Virus record (IMG/VR): IMGVR_UViG_3300045988_099759
Source: a virus
DNA: 45,427 nucleotides
Direction: 5' to 3' (one strand)
This document shows, in pieces, positions 16,845-26,997 of the stretch. The translations under genes and the position numbers were made by a program. A model generated the notes under the pieces. It saw nothing but the letters and a program-made list of their open reading frames with translations, had not been told where the DNA came from and ran no database searches. Positions within the stretch are counted from its first letter, which is position 1. Every line of letters begins with the position of its first letter.

Positions 16845-19826
16845 CTAGTTCTCCGGCGTAAGCGTGTCGCGGTCAATGTCCGTAACGGAATGCCCGCGCC
16901 CGGTATATTCCTGATAGGGCATTTCTCTTTCTTTGCTGCCTACCGTGTTTGGGTGTACGCTCTCACTGCCGTTCAGCGGGCGGGCCGCAACGCTCTGTGC
17001 ACTACTGTCCCGCAAGGAAGCGGCGGCATCCGCCGTGTCAGTGCCGCCAAACATCCTGTCGTAAACGCGGCGGGTGTAGTCCGGCATATTGCTGTCAAAG
17101 CCCTGCACCTCAAGCCAATCCGCAAAGTCCTCCGTGCCAGCCTGTCGCCCGGTGGGGCCGTCCAAAATCATGTCACGATAATAGTCTGCCGTCGCAGCCG
17201 CCTGGTCGGTATCCACCAAAGCCCCGCGGTTGCTGGCCGCTACAGCGGAAAGCATGTCATCCACGCCAGAACCGCTCACACCGGTCCCCATGTCGGCAAG
17301 CTCCATCAGGGCAGTGTCATACGGTAAACCACTCGTGGTAGAAAAATTTGTCCCGTTCTGGAAGCTGTACTGCTGGATGTTCTTTAAGCCGCTGGTATAC
17401 AAAATATCCCCCGCCGCCTGCTCGTCCAGACGGATGGGGGTGCTTTTAAAGTAATTCCGCAGCGTAGCCGTCGCCTCGTCCACAGGCTCCGCAAAGCTGC
17501 TTTCCTTTACAATGCCGGTAGCAATGTCCTTTGCCTCGTCAGCCATGCTCTCCCGCGTCGCGCCGCTCTGTAGCTGGCCGTACAAGTCTTCAATGCGCCG
17601 GGTGTAAACGCTGCGTCTGTCCTTTCCGGTTATTGATTTTGCCCATTCAGCCACCGCTCCAGCGTCCGGCGCATCAGGGCCTTGTACTCCTCGTCCGTTG
17701 CCATCCGCGGTGCTACCAAGCCCTGCTGTACCAGTCTGTCCAGCAAGCCCGCTTCCACCTCCTCCGGGTTGCGGTTCATAGCCTGCGCCAGTGTCAGCGT
17801 TGAGGGGAACGTCTGCTCGAACGCCTGCTCCCAGGTTGTCATTCTGAACACCTCCATTTACTTCATTGTAGCCCGCGGCGCGCTGCACGTCAATCGGCAA
17901 ACTGTCCGTATTTTGCAGCGCAAGTTTAGCTTCATCGCCAATCTCCTGCTGGCGCTGCAACACGGCGCGGCGAAGCTGTTCAGCCTCTTTTTCCTGCGCG
18001 CCGTTCAAGTTGACCTGTCCGCGCAGTTCATCCAGCGTATTCAATGCGCTGCGGTTGGCTGCGTCTGGCGTGTTCATCTGCTGTATCTGTGCGGCAAGCC
18101 CGGTTGTGCCGTTGGCTTCCGGCTGCACAATGTTTCTTGCTGGTGTAGCGTTCTGTACATCCTGTACGGCATTGTCAGCTTGTTTCAAGGCATCCTGCGC
18201 AGCGTCACCCGCTGTGCCTTTCAACCTGTTGAACAACGCCCCGCCAATTTCCGGCAGTGCATTCATAGCAACGTTCTCGGCAATGTTTTTAGCTGTGTTC
18301 CCAGCAATTTTACCGGGGGTCAGGGCGTCGTCTACCGTCTGCCCATTGGCGATTGCCTCCTGCTGGGCAGAATAGGTGCTCAAATCATCCGCCAGCGTGG
18401 GCAGCGTGTCCAGCGCCAGATCAGCACTGGTATCGGCCAGCACACGCCCTGCCGCTTTGCCAAAGCCGGGCTGTACAATGTTTTGCAGTACCGGGATTTT
18501 CTTGGCAGCGTCATACAGCTTGCCGCCCGCCTTCTGCGCAGCGTCGGCGTATTTTGTGCCATCCACAAGCTGATTGAACGCGTTGTACTGTACCGCTTTG
18601 CCCGCTATAGAGCCGCCCATAGCCGCAAGCGGGTTTTGCTCGGTGTACTTGTCCAGCGTCGGCACAAGCGCCGGTACAGTGCCGCTTTCAATGGCCTGCG
18701 TGTACTTGCCACCCGTTTGCTTATCTGCCCAATCTGTAAACGCTTTCTCGGTTTGCTTTTGCATCGGGAAGCTGCGCATAAAGCCTGCCGTCGCCGCCTG
18801 CAAATCCTGCCCCAGCCCATTTAGGGATGCTTTCTGGTTCATCCGTGAAAGTGCCTGTGCCTGCGTGTTGTAGTCATCCAGCGACAGCGTTCCGTTCTGC
18901 ACCTGCTTGTACAAATCCCCGGCATTCTGGTCGTACTGTTTCACCGCCGCCACTTCGGCGCTCGTCAGCTTGCGTCCCGGGGAAGCCAGCTCTGCGCGGT
19001 AATCAGCATCGCTCTGCAGCTTTTTCAGCGCAGAGGCAATGTCCTCCTGTCGGTTTTTGTAGTCGTTGCGCTTGCCCTTTGCAGCCTGCGTCTCTTCCGC
19101 GCTGGGGGCGCTTCCTGCGGCGGCGTAACTGCTGCCGATAACTTTCCCGCCCCGCGTCACAGCGCGGCTCTGGGCGGGCTGCGTGGCGCTCACGAGGCCT
19201 GTCCCGTTTCGTTCGGCATAACTTTTTGCAGCAGTCGTGCGCGCACCTGCTTTCTTCGCTTCCAGATACTTCTCCTGCGCGCTCTTTTCCTTTTCGCTCT
19301 TTGTCTCGTTTTTTTCCGTGTTCTCTGCTTTCGGCTTGCTGCCAGGTGTACTGCCTGTCGTGCCGCTGGTGCTTGCACCGCCGCCAAACAGAGAATCCAG
19401 CGATGCCGCATTTTCCGTGTCGCTGCCCGTGCCTGTGGTACTGCCGCTCTTGCCGGAAGATTTCCCGCTGGATTTTGCAGCCTTCGCCGCTTTCTTTGCC
19501 GCATACTGCTGCGCCTTTTGCTGCTGCTGGTACAAATCGTTTGCCGCGTCAAACTTTGCCTGCGCCAGTTTCATCTGCCGGTTCAAAATATCGTTGTTCA
19601 GGCTGTTTTCAAGGTTTGCACCCTGCACAATGTTGTTCAGCGTCTCGGTGTAGCTGTTATGCAGCACAGGCAGCGTCTTGTCAGTGGCGTTCATGATGGC
19701 ACTGCCCTGCTGCTGTGCTTTCCTCGTTGTGCTGCGGCCAGTGCTTACATTGCTGGCCTGCGCCGTCTGGTATCGGTTCAAATACGCATTCAGCAGCGCA
19801 TCTTCACGACCATTCACTTTCGCCAT
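16845..19826 (-). CDS. Large low-complexity virion protein (993 aa), internal/ejection-protein candidate
   Basis: GGAGG SD; Ala/Gln/Gly-rich; ends in TAG. Its position follows a 284-aa coiled-coil protein. Confidence 0.6.
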   Translation of the reverse strand: MAKVNGREDALLNAYLNRYQTAQASNVSTGRSTTRKAQQQGSAIMNATDKTLPVLHNSYTETLNNIVQGANLENSLNNDILNRQMKLAQAKFDAANDLYQQQQKAQQYAAKKAAKAAKSSGKSSGKSGSTTGTGSDTENAASLDSLFGGGASTSGTTGSTPGSKPKAENTEKNETKSEKEKSAQEKYLEAKKAGARTTAAKSYAERNGTGLVSATQPAQSRAVTRGGKVIGSSYAAAGSAPSAEETQAAKGKRNDYKNRQEDIASALKKLQSDADYRAELASPGRKLTSAEVAAVKQYDQNAGDLYKQVQNGTLSLDDYNTQAQALSRMNQKASLNGLGQDLQAATAGFMRSFPMQKQTEKAFTDWADKQTGGKYTQAIESGTVPALVPTLDKYTEQNPLAAMGGSIAGKAVQYNAFNQLVDGTKYADAAQKAGGKLYDAAKKIPVLQNIVQPGFGKAAGRVLADTSADLALDTLPTLADDLSTYSAQQEAIANGQTVDDALTPGKIAGNTAKNIAENVAMNALPEIGGALFNRLKGTAGDAAQDALKQADNAVQDVQNATPARNIVQPEANGTTGLAAQIQQMNTPDAANRSALNTLDELRGQVNLNGAQEKEAEQLRRAVLQRQQEIGDEAKLALQNTDSLPIDVQRAAGYNEVNGGVQNDNLGAGVRADVPLNADTGAGYEPQPGGGGSGLAGQTGTAGLGSTADGNGRGVQGPDAPDAGAVAEWAKSITGKDRRSVYTRRIEDLYGQLQSGATRESMADEAKDIATGIVKESSFAEPVDEATATLRNYFKSTPIRLDEQAAGDILYTSGLKNIQQYSFQNGTNFSTTSGLPYDTALMELADMGTGVSGSGVDDMLSAVAASNRGALVDTDQAAATADYYRDMILDGPTGRQAGTEDFADWLEVQGFDSNMPDYTRRVYDRMFGGTDTADAAASLRDSSAQSVAARPLNGSESVHPNTVGSKEREMPYQEYTGRGHSVTDIDRDTLTPEN

Positions 19827-19853
19827 AGCTCAAGACCTCCAAATTTCCTAAAT

Positions 19854-19900
19854 CCTTCCCACTCGGGGGAAGGCGGCCCCGCAGGGCCGGATGAGGGCAA
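19854..19900 (-). repeat. Twin-hairpin element, copy B
   Basis: CCTTCCCACTCGGGGGAAGG-C-GGCCCCGCAGGGCC-GGATGAGGGCAA. Nearly identical to copy C. Confidence 0.8.
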
Positions 19901-19933
19901 ACTTGATCCAACTGCTCACTCACCCTGCATACA

Positions 19934-20788
19934 TTACTCGTAACTGTACTCCCACTGCCCCGTAGTCGTGTTGAATCTCTGGCGAAGCTGCGGCATGCTG
20001 GCTGCCATGTTTGCGTAACCCTGCATCAGGCTGACAAGATTGTTCGTGTTGTTTGCTGTCAGGTTCGCAAGGTTCGTCTGATACTGGCTCAAATCCGCTG
20101 CATCGCCGCTGGCACGCTGGTTTTCCAGCTGTGCCATGTTGTTCTGATAGGTGTTCGCAAGGCTTGCCAGCTGGTTCTGACGCTCGGTTTCCAGCGCGTT
20201 GCGGCTGTTGTTGTAGTTGTTCAGCATACCGGCTGTCGTGGTCTCGCTCGCACCACCGTTCAGGCCCTGCGCACTAAGCTGCTGTGCAAGGTTGCGCTGC
20301 TGCAGCATGCGGTTAATATACGCCTGCTGTAGGGCATTGTCTGTGGCGCGGTTCAGCTCGCCCTGCCCGTACTCATAGTTGGCTTTCTGCTGTGCAGCAC
20401 TGCGCTGGTAGGCTTCCTCACGCGCTCTGCGCTGTGCCTCCTGCGCCGCGCGCATCTGCTCTTCTGCCCTGCTCTGTGCTTCCGCCGCCGCCTGCTGTGC
20501 GGCCTGCATCGCGCTCTGCATCTGGCTGATATAGCTATTCATGTAGTTGTTGCTCTGTGCCGGTGCGCTGTAGCTTGCTGCCGCGCTCCCGCCGCCAGAA
20601 CCGCCGCCAGAGCTTCTGCCAGAACTGCCGCCAGTGTAGCCACCGCGGCTGCCTGCATTGCTTGTCGGTGCCGTTGCAACCGTTTTCGCAGTCGTGTACA
20701 CTCTGTTCTTGTCGCCAAACTTCGTGGCTGTGGTCGTACCGGGCTTCACATAGTAATCTTTGGTTGAACCAAAAATCGGTTTCGGCAT
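19934..20788 (-). CDS. Gly/Ser- and Gln/Ala-rich coiled-coil protein (284 aa), small internal-virion-protein candidate
   Basis: GGAAGGGGTGA SD. Low-complexity and coiled-coil sequence; first of three genes of increasing size. Confidence 0.5.
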   Translation of the reverse strand: MPKPIFGSTKDYYVKPGTTTATKFGDKNRVYTTAKTVATAPTSNAGSRGGYTGGSSGRSSGGGSGGGSAAASYSAPAQSNNYMNSYISQMQSAMQAAQQAAAEAQSRAEEQMRAAQEAQRRAREEAYQRSAAQQKANYEYGQGELNRATDNALQQAYINRMLQQRNLAQQLSAQGLNGGASETTTAGMLNNYNNSRNALETERQNQLASLANTYQNNMAQLENQRASGDAADLSQYQTNLANLTANNTNNLVSLMQGYANMAASMPQLRQRFNTTTGQWEYSYE

Positions 20789-20794
20789 ACTGAA

Positions 20795-20977
20795 TCACCC
20801 CTTCCGCTCGCTCTGCGTGCCAAAATAAAAGGCCACGACCATCGTCACAATGGTCATGACCGTGTCAGGCTGCAGGCCGCCCCGCAATGCCATTACGGCA
20901 AAAACCGCAACCACTACCAGCGTTACAATGGTTTTTACCTTGATAAGAGCTGCCAGATTTTTCAAAAAATCGCCCAT
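20795..20977 (-). CDS. Holin (two-TM class)
   Basis: 60 aa from the ATG at 20977 (GGGAG SD). Two TM segments (TIVTLVVVAVFAVMAL and VMTIVTMVVAFYFG) plus a charged tail. Sits in the lysis cassette. Confidence 0.7.
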   Translation of the reverse strand: MGDFLKNLAALIKVKTIVTLVVVAVFAVMALRGGLQPDTVMTIVTMVVAFYFGTQSERKG

Positions 20978-20993
20978 AGATATGCACTCCCTT

Positions 20994-21341
20994 TCAGCCA
21001 ATCAGATGATTTTGCAAGGCTTCCTTTGCTTTCTGCATCTGGTCAATGTTGTTTCCATCCAGATTATGGTCAAGAAGGGCAAGCAATGCCTGCATGGTCA
21101 CATGCTGCCCCTCGTCCATGCGGTCAAGCCGCTGCTTGTCGTTTTTCAAGAATCCCTCCATGACAGTCACCCGCGTTTCAAGCTGTGTGATGCGTTTGTC
21201 CTGGTCGGCCTTCGGTTTTTTTATGGCGGTGATGACTTTGCTGATGGCAACGCCCCCGGCATACAGCCCGGCAGCAGCGCCCGCCGCGTAAATCAAAAAC
21301 GCCCAGGCCTCCGCAAGTGTAAACGAGAATACATGCTGCAA
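20994..21341 (-). CDS. Membrane-anchored coiled-coil protein of the lysis cassette (holin accessory?)
   Basis: TTG start at 21341 lies 7 nt after GGAGGTG. N-terminal TM 'AWAFLIYAAGAAAGLYAGGVAI' followed by a coiled coil. Confidence 0.5.
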   Translation of the reverse strand: MQHVFSFTLAEAWAFLIYAAGAAAGLYAGGVAISKVITAIKKPKADQDKRITQLETRVTVMEGFLKNDKQRLDRMDEGQHVTMQALLALLDHNLDGNNIDQMQKAKEALQNHLIG

Positions 21342-21345
21342 CGGC

Positions 21346-22623
21346 TCACACCTCCGCCCATTCAGATTTGTACAGCCCGGCATCCGTCAGGCCGCGTGCC
21401 TTGCACAGCAAGTAGATTGCGTCTGCGTCTCCCTGCGTCACCGGCCCAATGGTAATCACTTGTAGTTTGTTTGCAGGCTTGTTCACCGCAGGCAGGGCCT
21501 TGACGATGCGGTTGAGATCGGTCTCCGGCCAGATGCCCGGCACGCCGCCCTTTGCGGCCTGACTGTACTGGTGGATGTAGCGCGGTAGGCTCGTGTCGTA
21601 GTTGGCGCGGGTGTCGGCCAGCCAGCCGATGTAGTCCTTGCACAGGCCCTCGTAGTCGATGTTTTCCGTGGCAAACAACGTAAACGTGTAGACGCCCGGC
21701 TGGTAGCCCAGCGCCGCCGCACGCACACAGAACGCTCGGGCGCAAGCCGTGCGCTGCGCCTTGGTCAAGTTGTCCGCGCGGCCATCGTGGACGCCGGTCT
21801 TGGTTGTGTGTCCCCATTCGCTGTCAAAAAACAGCGGGTAGCCGGTCGGGGCAAGGCTTGCGCAGAAGTCTGCCTCCTCGCGGGCTTCGTCCACCGTGAT
21901 GGCCTGCGAGAAGAAGTAGAACCCTAGCAGCTTGTTGTTGGCCTTGGCCCCGGCAAAGTTGGCATCGTACTGCTCGTCCTTCATCAGCTTTCCGCTGCCG
22001 TAGCCGCGATAACCGATGCGAACAATGGCACGGTAGGGAACCTTTGCCCAGTCGATGGTGCCCTGATGGTAAGACACATCAATCAGCACTTCCTCGCCGC
22101 TGGGCGGTGCAGCGTCTGCGGGTTTTTCCACAGCGTGCTCTCCGGTGCGATATGTAAACACCTGGCTGCTTGCCGTGGTAAAATTGCTGTCCAGCCACAC
22201 CAGCGGGTTGGTGCGCTTGCCGTTCAGGATCACTTCAAAGTGCAGATGCGCTCCAAACACATTGCCGGTAGTTCCGCTGAAGCCGATGAGGTCGCCCTCT
22301 TTGACCTGCTGGCCGTACTTGACGCAATAGCCGCTCAGGTGTGCGTACCGGGTCTGCAGCACGCCGCCCTTGTAGGGCGCGTGCCTGATGCGCACCATGT
22401 TGCCATAGCTCTGCATCCCGGTTTTTGTATGGCCGTCCCAGTCCTGCACCTGATCCACGGTGCCATCCTCGGCAGCGTATACCGGCTGCGTGCTGGTATT
22501 GCCGGTCTGGGTGCGCAGGTCGATGGCCCGGTGCAAGCTGCCGTCGTTGTAAAACCATCCTTGTGTGATGATGTGCTGGGCCAGAGGCCACGCCAGCAAC
22601 ACCTCACCGTTTGAGAGTCTCAT
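21346..22623 (-). CDS. Two-domain endolysin: M23 peptidase plus GH25 muramidase
   Basis: M23 motifs 'HRAIDL', 'YAHLS' and 'GAHLHFEV'. GH25-like 'IDVSYHQGTIDWAKV', 'GFYFFSQA' and 'FFDSEW'. GAGGAGG SD. Confidence 0.85.
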   Translation of the reverse strand: MRLSNGEVLLAWPLAQHIITQGWFYNDGSLHRAIDLRTQTGNTSTQPVYAAEDGTVDQVQDWDGHTKTGMQSYGNMVRIRHAPYKGGVLQTRYAHLSGYCVKYGQQVKEGDLIGFSGTTGNVFGAHLHFEVILNGKRTNPLVWLDSNFTTASSQVFTYRTGEHAVEKPADAAPPSGEEVLIDVSYHQGTIDWAKVPYRAIVRIGYRGYGSGKLMKDEQYDANFAGAKANNKLLGFYFFSQAITVDEAREEADFCASLAPTGYPLFFDSEWGHTTKTGVHDGRADNLTKAQRTACARAFCVRAAALGYQPGVYTFTLFATENIDYEGLCKDYIGWLADTRANYDTSLPRYIHQYSQAAKGGVPGIWPETDLNRIVKALPAVNKPANKLQVITIGPVTQGDADAIYLLCKARGLTDAGLYKSEWAEV

Positions 22624-22880
22624 TGATCTTCCTCCTCGTACAGCGGATTTTGAATCTGTTCATTCGTTGCGTTGCCGTCCTGCACCGTTTCAGCGTCCAC
22701 AGCATCATAATACGCTTGTGCCAGTGCTTCCACCTCGGCAATGTCATCTTCGGTCAGCAGGCCGTTGTCGTAGTGCGTGTACGCCTTATCAAGCCAAAAT
22801 GCAACGTCGCGTCCTGCTGCAATTTCCCGCTTGATGCTGCGCAGCGTTAAGTCGTGCCGCGCTTTGCTTTTAATCGCCAT
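22620..22880 (-). CDS. Hypothetical acidic protein downstream of the fibre gene
   Basis: 86 aa; AGGAG SD; acidic C-terminus. Confidence 0.55.
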   Translation of the reverse strand: MAIKSKARHDLTLRSIKREIAAGRDVAFWLDKAYTHYDNGLLTEDDIAEVEALAQAYYDAVDAETVQDGNATNEQIQNPLYEEEDQ

Positions 22881-22893
22881 TTTATTACTCCTT

Positions 22894-25119
22894 TCAGGTT
22901 TGCGAGGCTACCGCCTCTTCCAAATCGGTAATCCGCTTAATAGGGTCTGCTCGTCCCGTCACAGTCGCGCTGTCGGCATCGGTCAGAATAGTGTTCGCTC
23001 CCGCCAGCGCGGGAATGGGCTGTGCGCCTGTCGCGGTGAATGGCGTTGGAGTTGCCAGCTTGTAAGCAATTTGTACGGGGGTTCCTGCGGCGTTCTGGGC
23101 GGCAATGTAGGCTTTTAACGAAGCAACTTCATGTCCCGCTGATATATCGGGCAGCAAGCTAGTCGGCACGCAGTACATAAAATAGCGCGACTCTCCGGTT
23201 GTCGCAAAGCCAATTCCAGCCAGCCGCCCACCCCACACATCTAGGCCGGACGGCGCTAAATGGCTACAAATGCCTTTTACGTTTATGGCATCATAATCTG
23301 TGATGTCGTATGTATAAAATCCTGTAACAGCAGGGTTGTGAGCGTTGATTCCCCATGAGAACCATGATTCTGTGCCATTTAGAATTACGGGCTTCCACGT
23401 ATCCTGCCCATCTCCATTCACCGCGTCCACCTCACCGCCATACACGGTTTCAGGCAGGGTCAGGGTGTTGGTCTGCCCGATGTAGGGTGTGTAGGTGGTG
23501 GGGGCGGTGGTGCCAGGAACGATGTACGGATATACTGTCTTGTCAACCGTTGCGCCGGCACTCACAATCGCGTACCAATACTTAGTTACATCCCCAGCCA
23601 AAATCTCAAAAGCGCCTTTGGCGTTTAGCCACAAGTTCTTCCCGTTTCTCTGCACCACAATACTAGCGGAAATTCCCGAGCCCAATTCCAGCCCGAAGTA
23701 TTTTCCAGGCGGCAGAAGCCAAACCGGAAACGTCGGGCTATCCACACTAGTCAGTGCGGTGCCGGATACATGAATACCGCCATCCGGGACATACTCATAT
23801 GTAATGCCTTTATATGTGTCCTTATTAAATGGTTTTATATTCAGCAGATTCTCCCCGCACCGTTCGACCCTCACACTGTCCCTGCCCTTGATGGGACGAA
23901 TGTTTTCGTAGGGTTCCCACGCCGTGGGAGTATCTTTGGACACCATCAGCCGCAACTGTATGTCGTTGTTTACACCTGGTGTCAGCTCTGCTGCAATTGC
24001 CAGTGAGTTCTCGCTCTCTGTGCGCAATCCCCAAGCGCTATTCACCTTGCCTTTGATTGCCCAGGCAGTGACCTTGTAGCCCTTGCCCCGCAGTTCTTCC
24101 TGGCTGCATGTACACACAGCAAAAGAGTAGAATTCTGTTGCCGTTACTTCTTCATTCGGAACGCCGCTTACCTTGAAAACATCTCCGTCAAGGGTGATGG
24201 TCATGCCGTATGGTTTTCCAACTGTGGGCACACATTTGTTTGTATCCAGCAGCTGTTTCCCGCCACCTGCCGGATACGGCGTTCCCATGCCCTCCTGCAT
24301 AGGTTCCCAGCTGGCCTTTACGCCCAGCGCGTATCCCGCCACAGGGTAGCACACAACAGGGTTGCCGCTTTCTTCCAGCGGCGGGCAAAGCATGTCAATG
24401 ATGTGCTTGCTGCTCCACGGCGCATCCTCGCTCACCACCGCATCATCAATCTGTACGCCGTCCTTTCCGGCAGGCCCCTCTGGGCCGCGCTCTCCGGTGT
24501 CGCCCTTCTCGCCCTGGATACCCTGCGCACCTTGCGGACCAGTTGCACCCGTTGCCCCGGTAGGGCCTTGAACACCCTTTTCTCCTTGCGGCCCGGGCGG
24601 GCCTACGGGGCCTCGCGGGCCAGTATCGCCTTTGTCGCCCTTGGCTCCATCCTTGCCGTTAAATTTGCCGTTAGCTGCATCATTCCGCAGGCCATCGGCC
24701 ACACTCTTTGCTTCCGCGCTGTTCTTTTCTGCGTTAACCGCAGCCTGCAAAACCTGCGTGGCAAGCGATTCACTGGGTTTAAACGGCTCAGTTCCACCAA
24801 CAGGGCCGCGGGTAATCACGTTGTATCCCTGCGTTTTTGTGATGCGCTGCACACCATTGGCAACGCCGCAATACACGATAGTGCCCGTACCCTCATTGGC
24901 GGTTGCTTCGGCAGGCACATCAATCAGGCCGTTTTCCGGCACACGGATTTCAACGGGTTCGCCCTTCGGCGGGTTAAACGTTGCCGTTACAGCGAGTTCG
25001 CTCCACGTATCGTCAAGAGTCACATGCAGCTGCTCGATACCGTAACTGCCAAAAGTGCCAAGCGATAAGTTGCCGGGTCTAACACTGTATCCTTTCAGCT
25101 GTACTTCATGCAATGCCAT
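22894..25119 (-). CDS. Tail fibre with collagen-like G-X-Y block (741 aa)
   Basis: G-X-Y run '[67 protein letters not shown]' (about 24454-24680), followed by a large C-terminal domain. Confidence 0.75.
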   Translation of the reverse strand: MALHEVQLKGYSVRPGNLSLGTFGSYGIEQLHVTLDDTWSELAVTATFNPPKGEPVEIRVPENGLIDVPAEATANEGTGTIVYCGVANGVQRITKTQGYNVITRGPVGGTEPFKPSESLATQVLQAAVNAEKNSAEAKSVADGLRNDAANGKFNGKDGAKGDKGDTGPRGPVGPPGPQGEKGVQGPTGATGATGPQGAQGIQGEKGDTGERGPEGPAGKDGVQIDDAVVSEDAPWSSKHIIDMLCPPLEESGNPVVCYPVAGYALGVKASWEPMQEGMGTPYPAGGGKQLLDTNKCVPTVGKPYGMTITLDGDVFKVSGVPNEEVTATEFYSFAVCTCSQEELRGKGYKVTAWAIKGKVNSAWGLRTESENSLAIAAELTPGVNNDIQLRLMVSKDTPTAWEPYENIRPIKGRDSVRVERCGENLLNIKPFNKDTYKGITYEYVPDGGIHVSGTALTSVDSPTFPVWLLPPGKYFGLELGSGISASIVVQRNGKNLWLNAKGAFEILAGDVTKYWYAIVSAGATVDKTVYPYIVPGTTAPTTYTPYIGQTNTLTLPETVYGGEVDAVNGDGQDTWKPVILNGTESWFSWGINAHNPAVTGFYTYDITDYDAINVKGICSHLAPSGLDVWGGRLAGIGFATTGESRYFMYCVPTSLLPDISAGHEVASLKAYIAAQNAAGTPVQIAYKLATPTPFTATGAQPIPALAGANTILTDADSATVTGRADPIKRITDLEEAVASQT

Positions 25120-25208
25120 TACACGCCCTCCAATCTGGCTTTAACCGCATCCATCAACTTTTCCGGCACATCTTCAAGTGTCATGCGGCACACATAAAAT
25201 TGCACCAT
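25119..25208 (-). CDS. Possible 29-aa micro-ORF upstream of the fibre gene
   Basis: GGGAGG lies 9 nt upstream of the ATG at 25208. Its TAA overlaps the fibre ATG (TAATG). Sequence: [29 protein letters not shown]. Confidence 0.3.
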   Translation of the reverse strand: MVQFYVCRMTLEDVPEKLMDAVKARLEGV

Positions 25209-25248
25209 CAGGTAATACCTCCCGCTACCGCCGCCCCCCTTCGGGGGG

Positions 25249-25662
25249 TCAGCCGGTGCGCTTCCACATATAACAGGCCGTGTACTTGTTCACGATGGGC
25301 ATAGGCTTGTTGCCGCCAGTTGGTGAACTTTCTGTCCCCTCCTGGACTCTTGGGTTGTATGGTACTCGTCCAATCGGGGTTATATATGCGCCTGCTTCAC
25401 TGTAACTTGATGGGTATCCCTGCTGGTATGAGGCATAAGCGTGAGTGTGCTTTGCCACCTGTTCCACCGTCTGCACAACTTCCCACGCGCCGCCGGTACT
25501 CCCCGCCGGGTGCGTGTTGTCTGCCGCTCTCAGCATACAGTCGGTGATTTGCTCCCATGTCGTCCCCGGCCAGCGCTGTGCCGGTTGGATTTCGCTCATC
25601 GTTGTGAGTATGTCGCCCACCCAGTACGGGCAGACGTTCAAGGGGTTCTTTGCTCCACTCAT
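25249..25662 (-). CDS. Small fibre-associated protein, tail-collar-like (tentative)
   Basis: 137 aa. '[24 protein letters not shown]' and '[18 protein letters not shown]' resemble tail-collar/MDP-type motifs. ATGA overlap with the upstream fibre gene. Confidence 0.45.
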   Translation of the reverse strand: MSGAKNPLNVCPYWVGDILTTMSEIQPAQRWPGTTWEQITDCMLRAADNTHPAGSTGGAWEVVQTVEQVAKHTHAYASYQQGYPSSYSEAGAYITPIGRVPYNPRVQEGTESSPTGGNKPMPIVNKYTACYMWKRTG

Positions 25663-26993
25663 TGGCCAACCTCCAAAACGAACACCGCCGCGCTCGTCGG
25701 CGCACTGTTCGCATAAAACTTAACCACTCCGGCGCCGGGCTCCAGCGCGGCTACCATCCGCACCGCATCCGTCACCCTCGTGCGGTCACTTACGGCAATC
25801 CGGCTGTCTGCCGTCACACCTGCCACCGTGACAGCGGCGCAGGTGTTGTAGCTGCTCGTGCTGCCGTCGTCCCAGGACACCGTGTAATAGCCGGAAGTCC
25901 AGGCGCTAGCTGCCACCGTAACGGTTTTGTAGCTATGCTTGTTTTCTGCGCCAACATCCTCCGCATTCAGCCATACCGATTCCCCTGTCTTGCCGTTCAC
26001 GTTCTGGATAACACCCGGGTCGCCTTTCTCACCCTGCGGGCCTGTCGCGCCGATTGGTCCTTGCTCGCCTGTCAAGCCCTGGATGCCCTGCGGCCCTCGC
26101 TCGCCGGTTTCTCCCTTTTCCCCCTGGATGCCCTGCGGTCCTTCCGGGCCAACTTCACCCCGCGGCCCCTGCGGGCCTGCCTCACCGGTAGCGCCTTGCG
26201 GTCCCTGTGCGCCCTGCGGCCCCTGCGGGCCTTGCAAACTGCCGATTGGGTTCCATTTCTTGGCGTCCACATCCCAAAGGTGCACAACGTTGTCGGTCTC
26301 GCTGCCTACCGCGTAAGCGTCGCCCTTGTTGCCGGTGGGGTGTGCTCCTTCCAGCAGCGTTAGGCTGTTGTAGCGCCCCAGCACAACAAAGCTTGTGCCG
26401 TCTGCGCCCTTCTCACCCTGCGGCCCCTGCGGGCCTGTCGGTCCTGTTGCGCCAATAGGCCCTTGTGCGCCGTTCAAACCCTGCACGCCGCGCGGGCCTT
26501 GAATCCCCTGCGGCCCCTGTGGGCCAATATTGCCCTGTGCACCTGCTGGCCCCTGCGGCCCTACCGGACCTTGCGGGCCTTGTGCGCCGGTATCACCTTT
26601 GCGCAGCACTATCTGTGTCACGCCGCCATTGTCCGTAACGGTAGCGCCCATAAACTGCATCCGGTTTCGCTGCGGCATTTCCTTGCCGCCATCGTCCAGT
26701 ATCAAATGGCCGCTGCTGCCGGTAGCCTGCCAGGTCTTGCCGTCGCTGCTCGTCTCAATGACTTTATCGCTGTTCAGCCGGATATACAGGCAGCCGCCCT
26801 CATTGTGGGTGCGGTTTTCCAGCTCCATTTCGTTCAGGGCCGTCACAAGCTGGTTGAAAATCGGCACAATGACTTCTCGCGGTATTTCGTCCATGACCCG
26901 CTGCATCTCTGCCGTGCTGTACCCCGGGGTGTCCGGTTTGCCAACGTTGCCTTTGCCGCTCAAATCGGCGGGTAATATTTCTCTGAATGTCAT
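25659..26993 (-). CDS. Tail fibre with two collagen-like G-X-Y blocks (444 aa)
   Basis: ATG at 26993 follows AAGGGGTGA. G-X-Y blocks lie at about 26397-26597 and 26013-26231, separated by '[31 protein letters not shown]'. Confidence 0.75.
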   Translation of the reverse strand: MTFREILPADLSGKGNVGKPDTPGYSTAEMQRVMDEIPREVIVPIFNQLVTALNEMELENRTHNEGGCLYIRLNSDKVIETSSDGKTWQATGSSGHLILDDGGKEMPQRNRMQFMGATVTDNGGVTQIVLRKGDTGAQGPQGPVGPQGPAGAQGNIGPQGPQGIQGPRGVQGLNGAQGPIGATGPTGPQGPQGEKGADGTSFVVLGRYNSLTLLEGAHPTGNKGDAYAVGSETDNVVHLWDVDAKKWNPIGSLQGPQGPQGAQGPQGATGEAGPQGPRGEVGPEGPQGIQGEKGETGERGPQGIQGLTGEQGPIGATGPQGEKGDPGVIQNVNGKTGESVWLNAEDVGAENKHSYKTVTVAASAWTSGYYTVSWDDGSTSSYNTCAAVTVAGVTADSRIAVSDRTRVTDAVRMVAALEPGAGVVKFYANSAPTSAAVFVLEVGQ

Positions 26994-26997
26994 TTTC

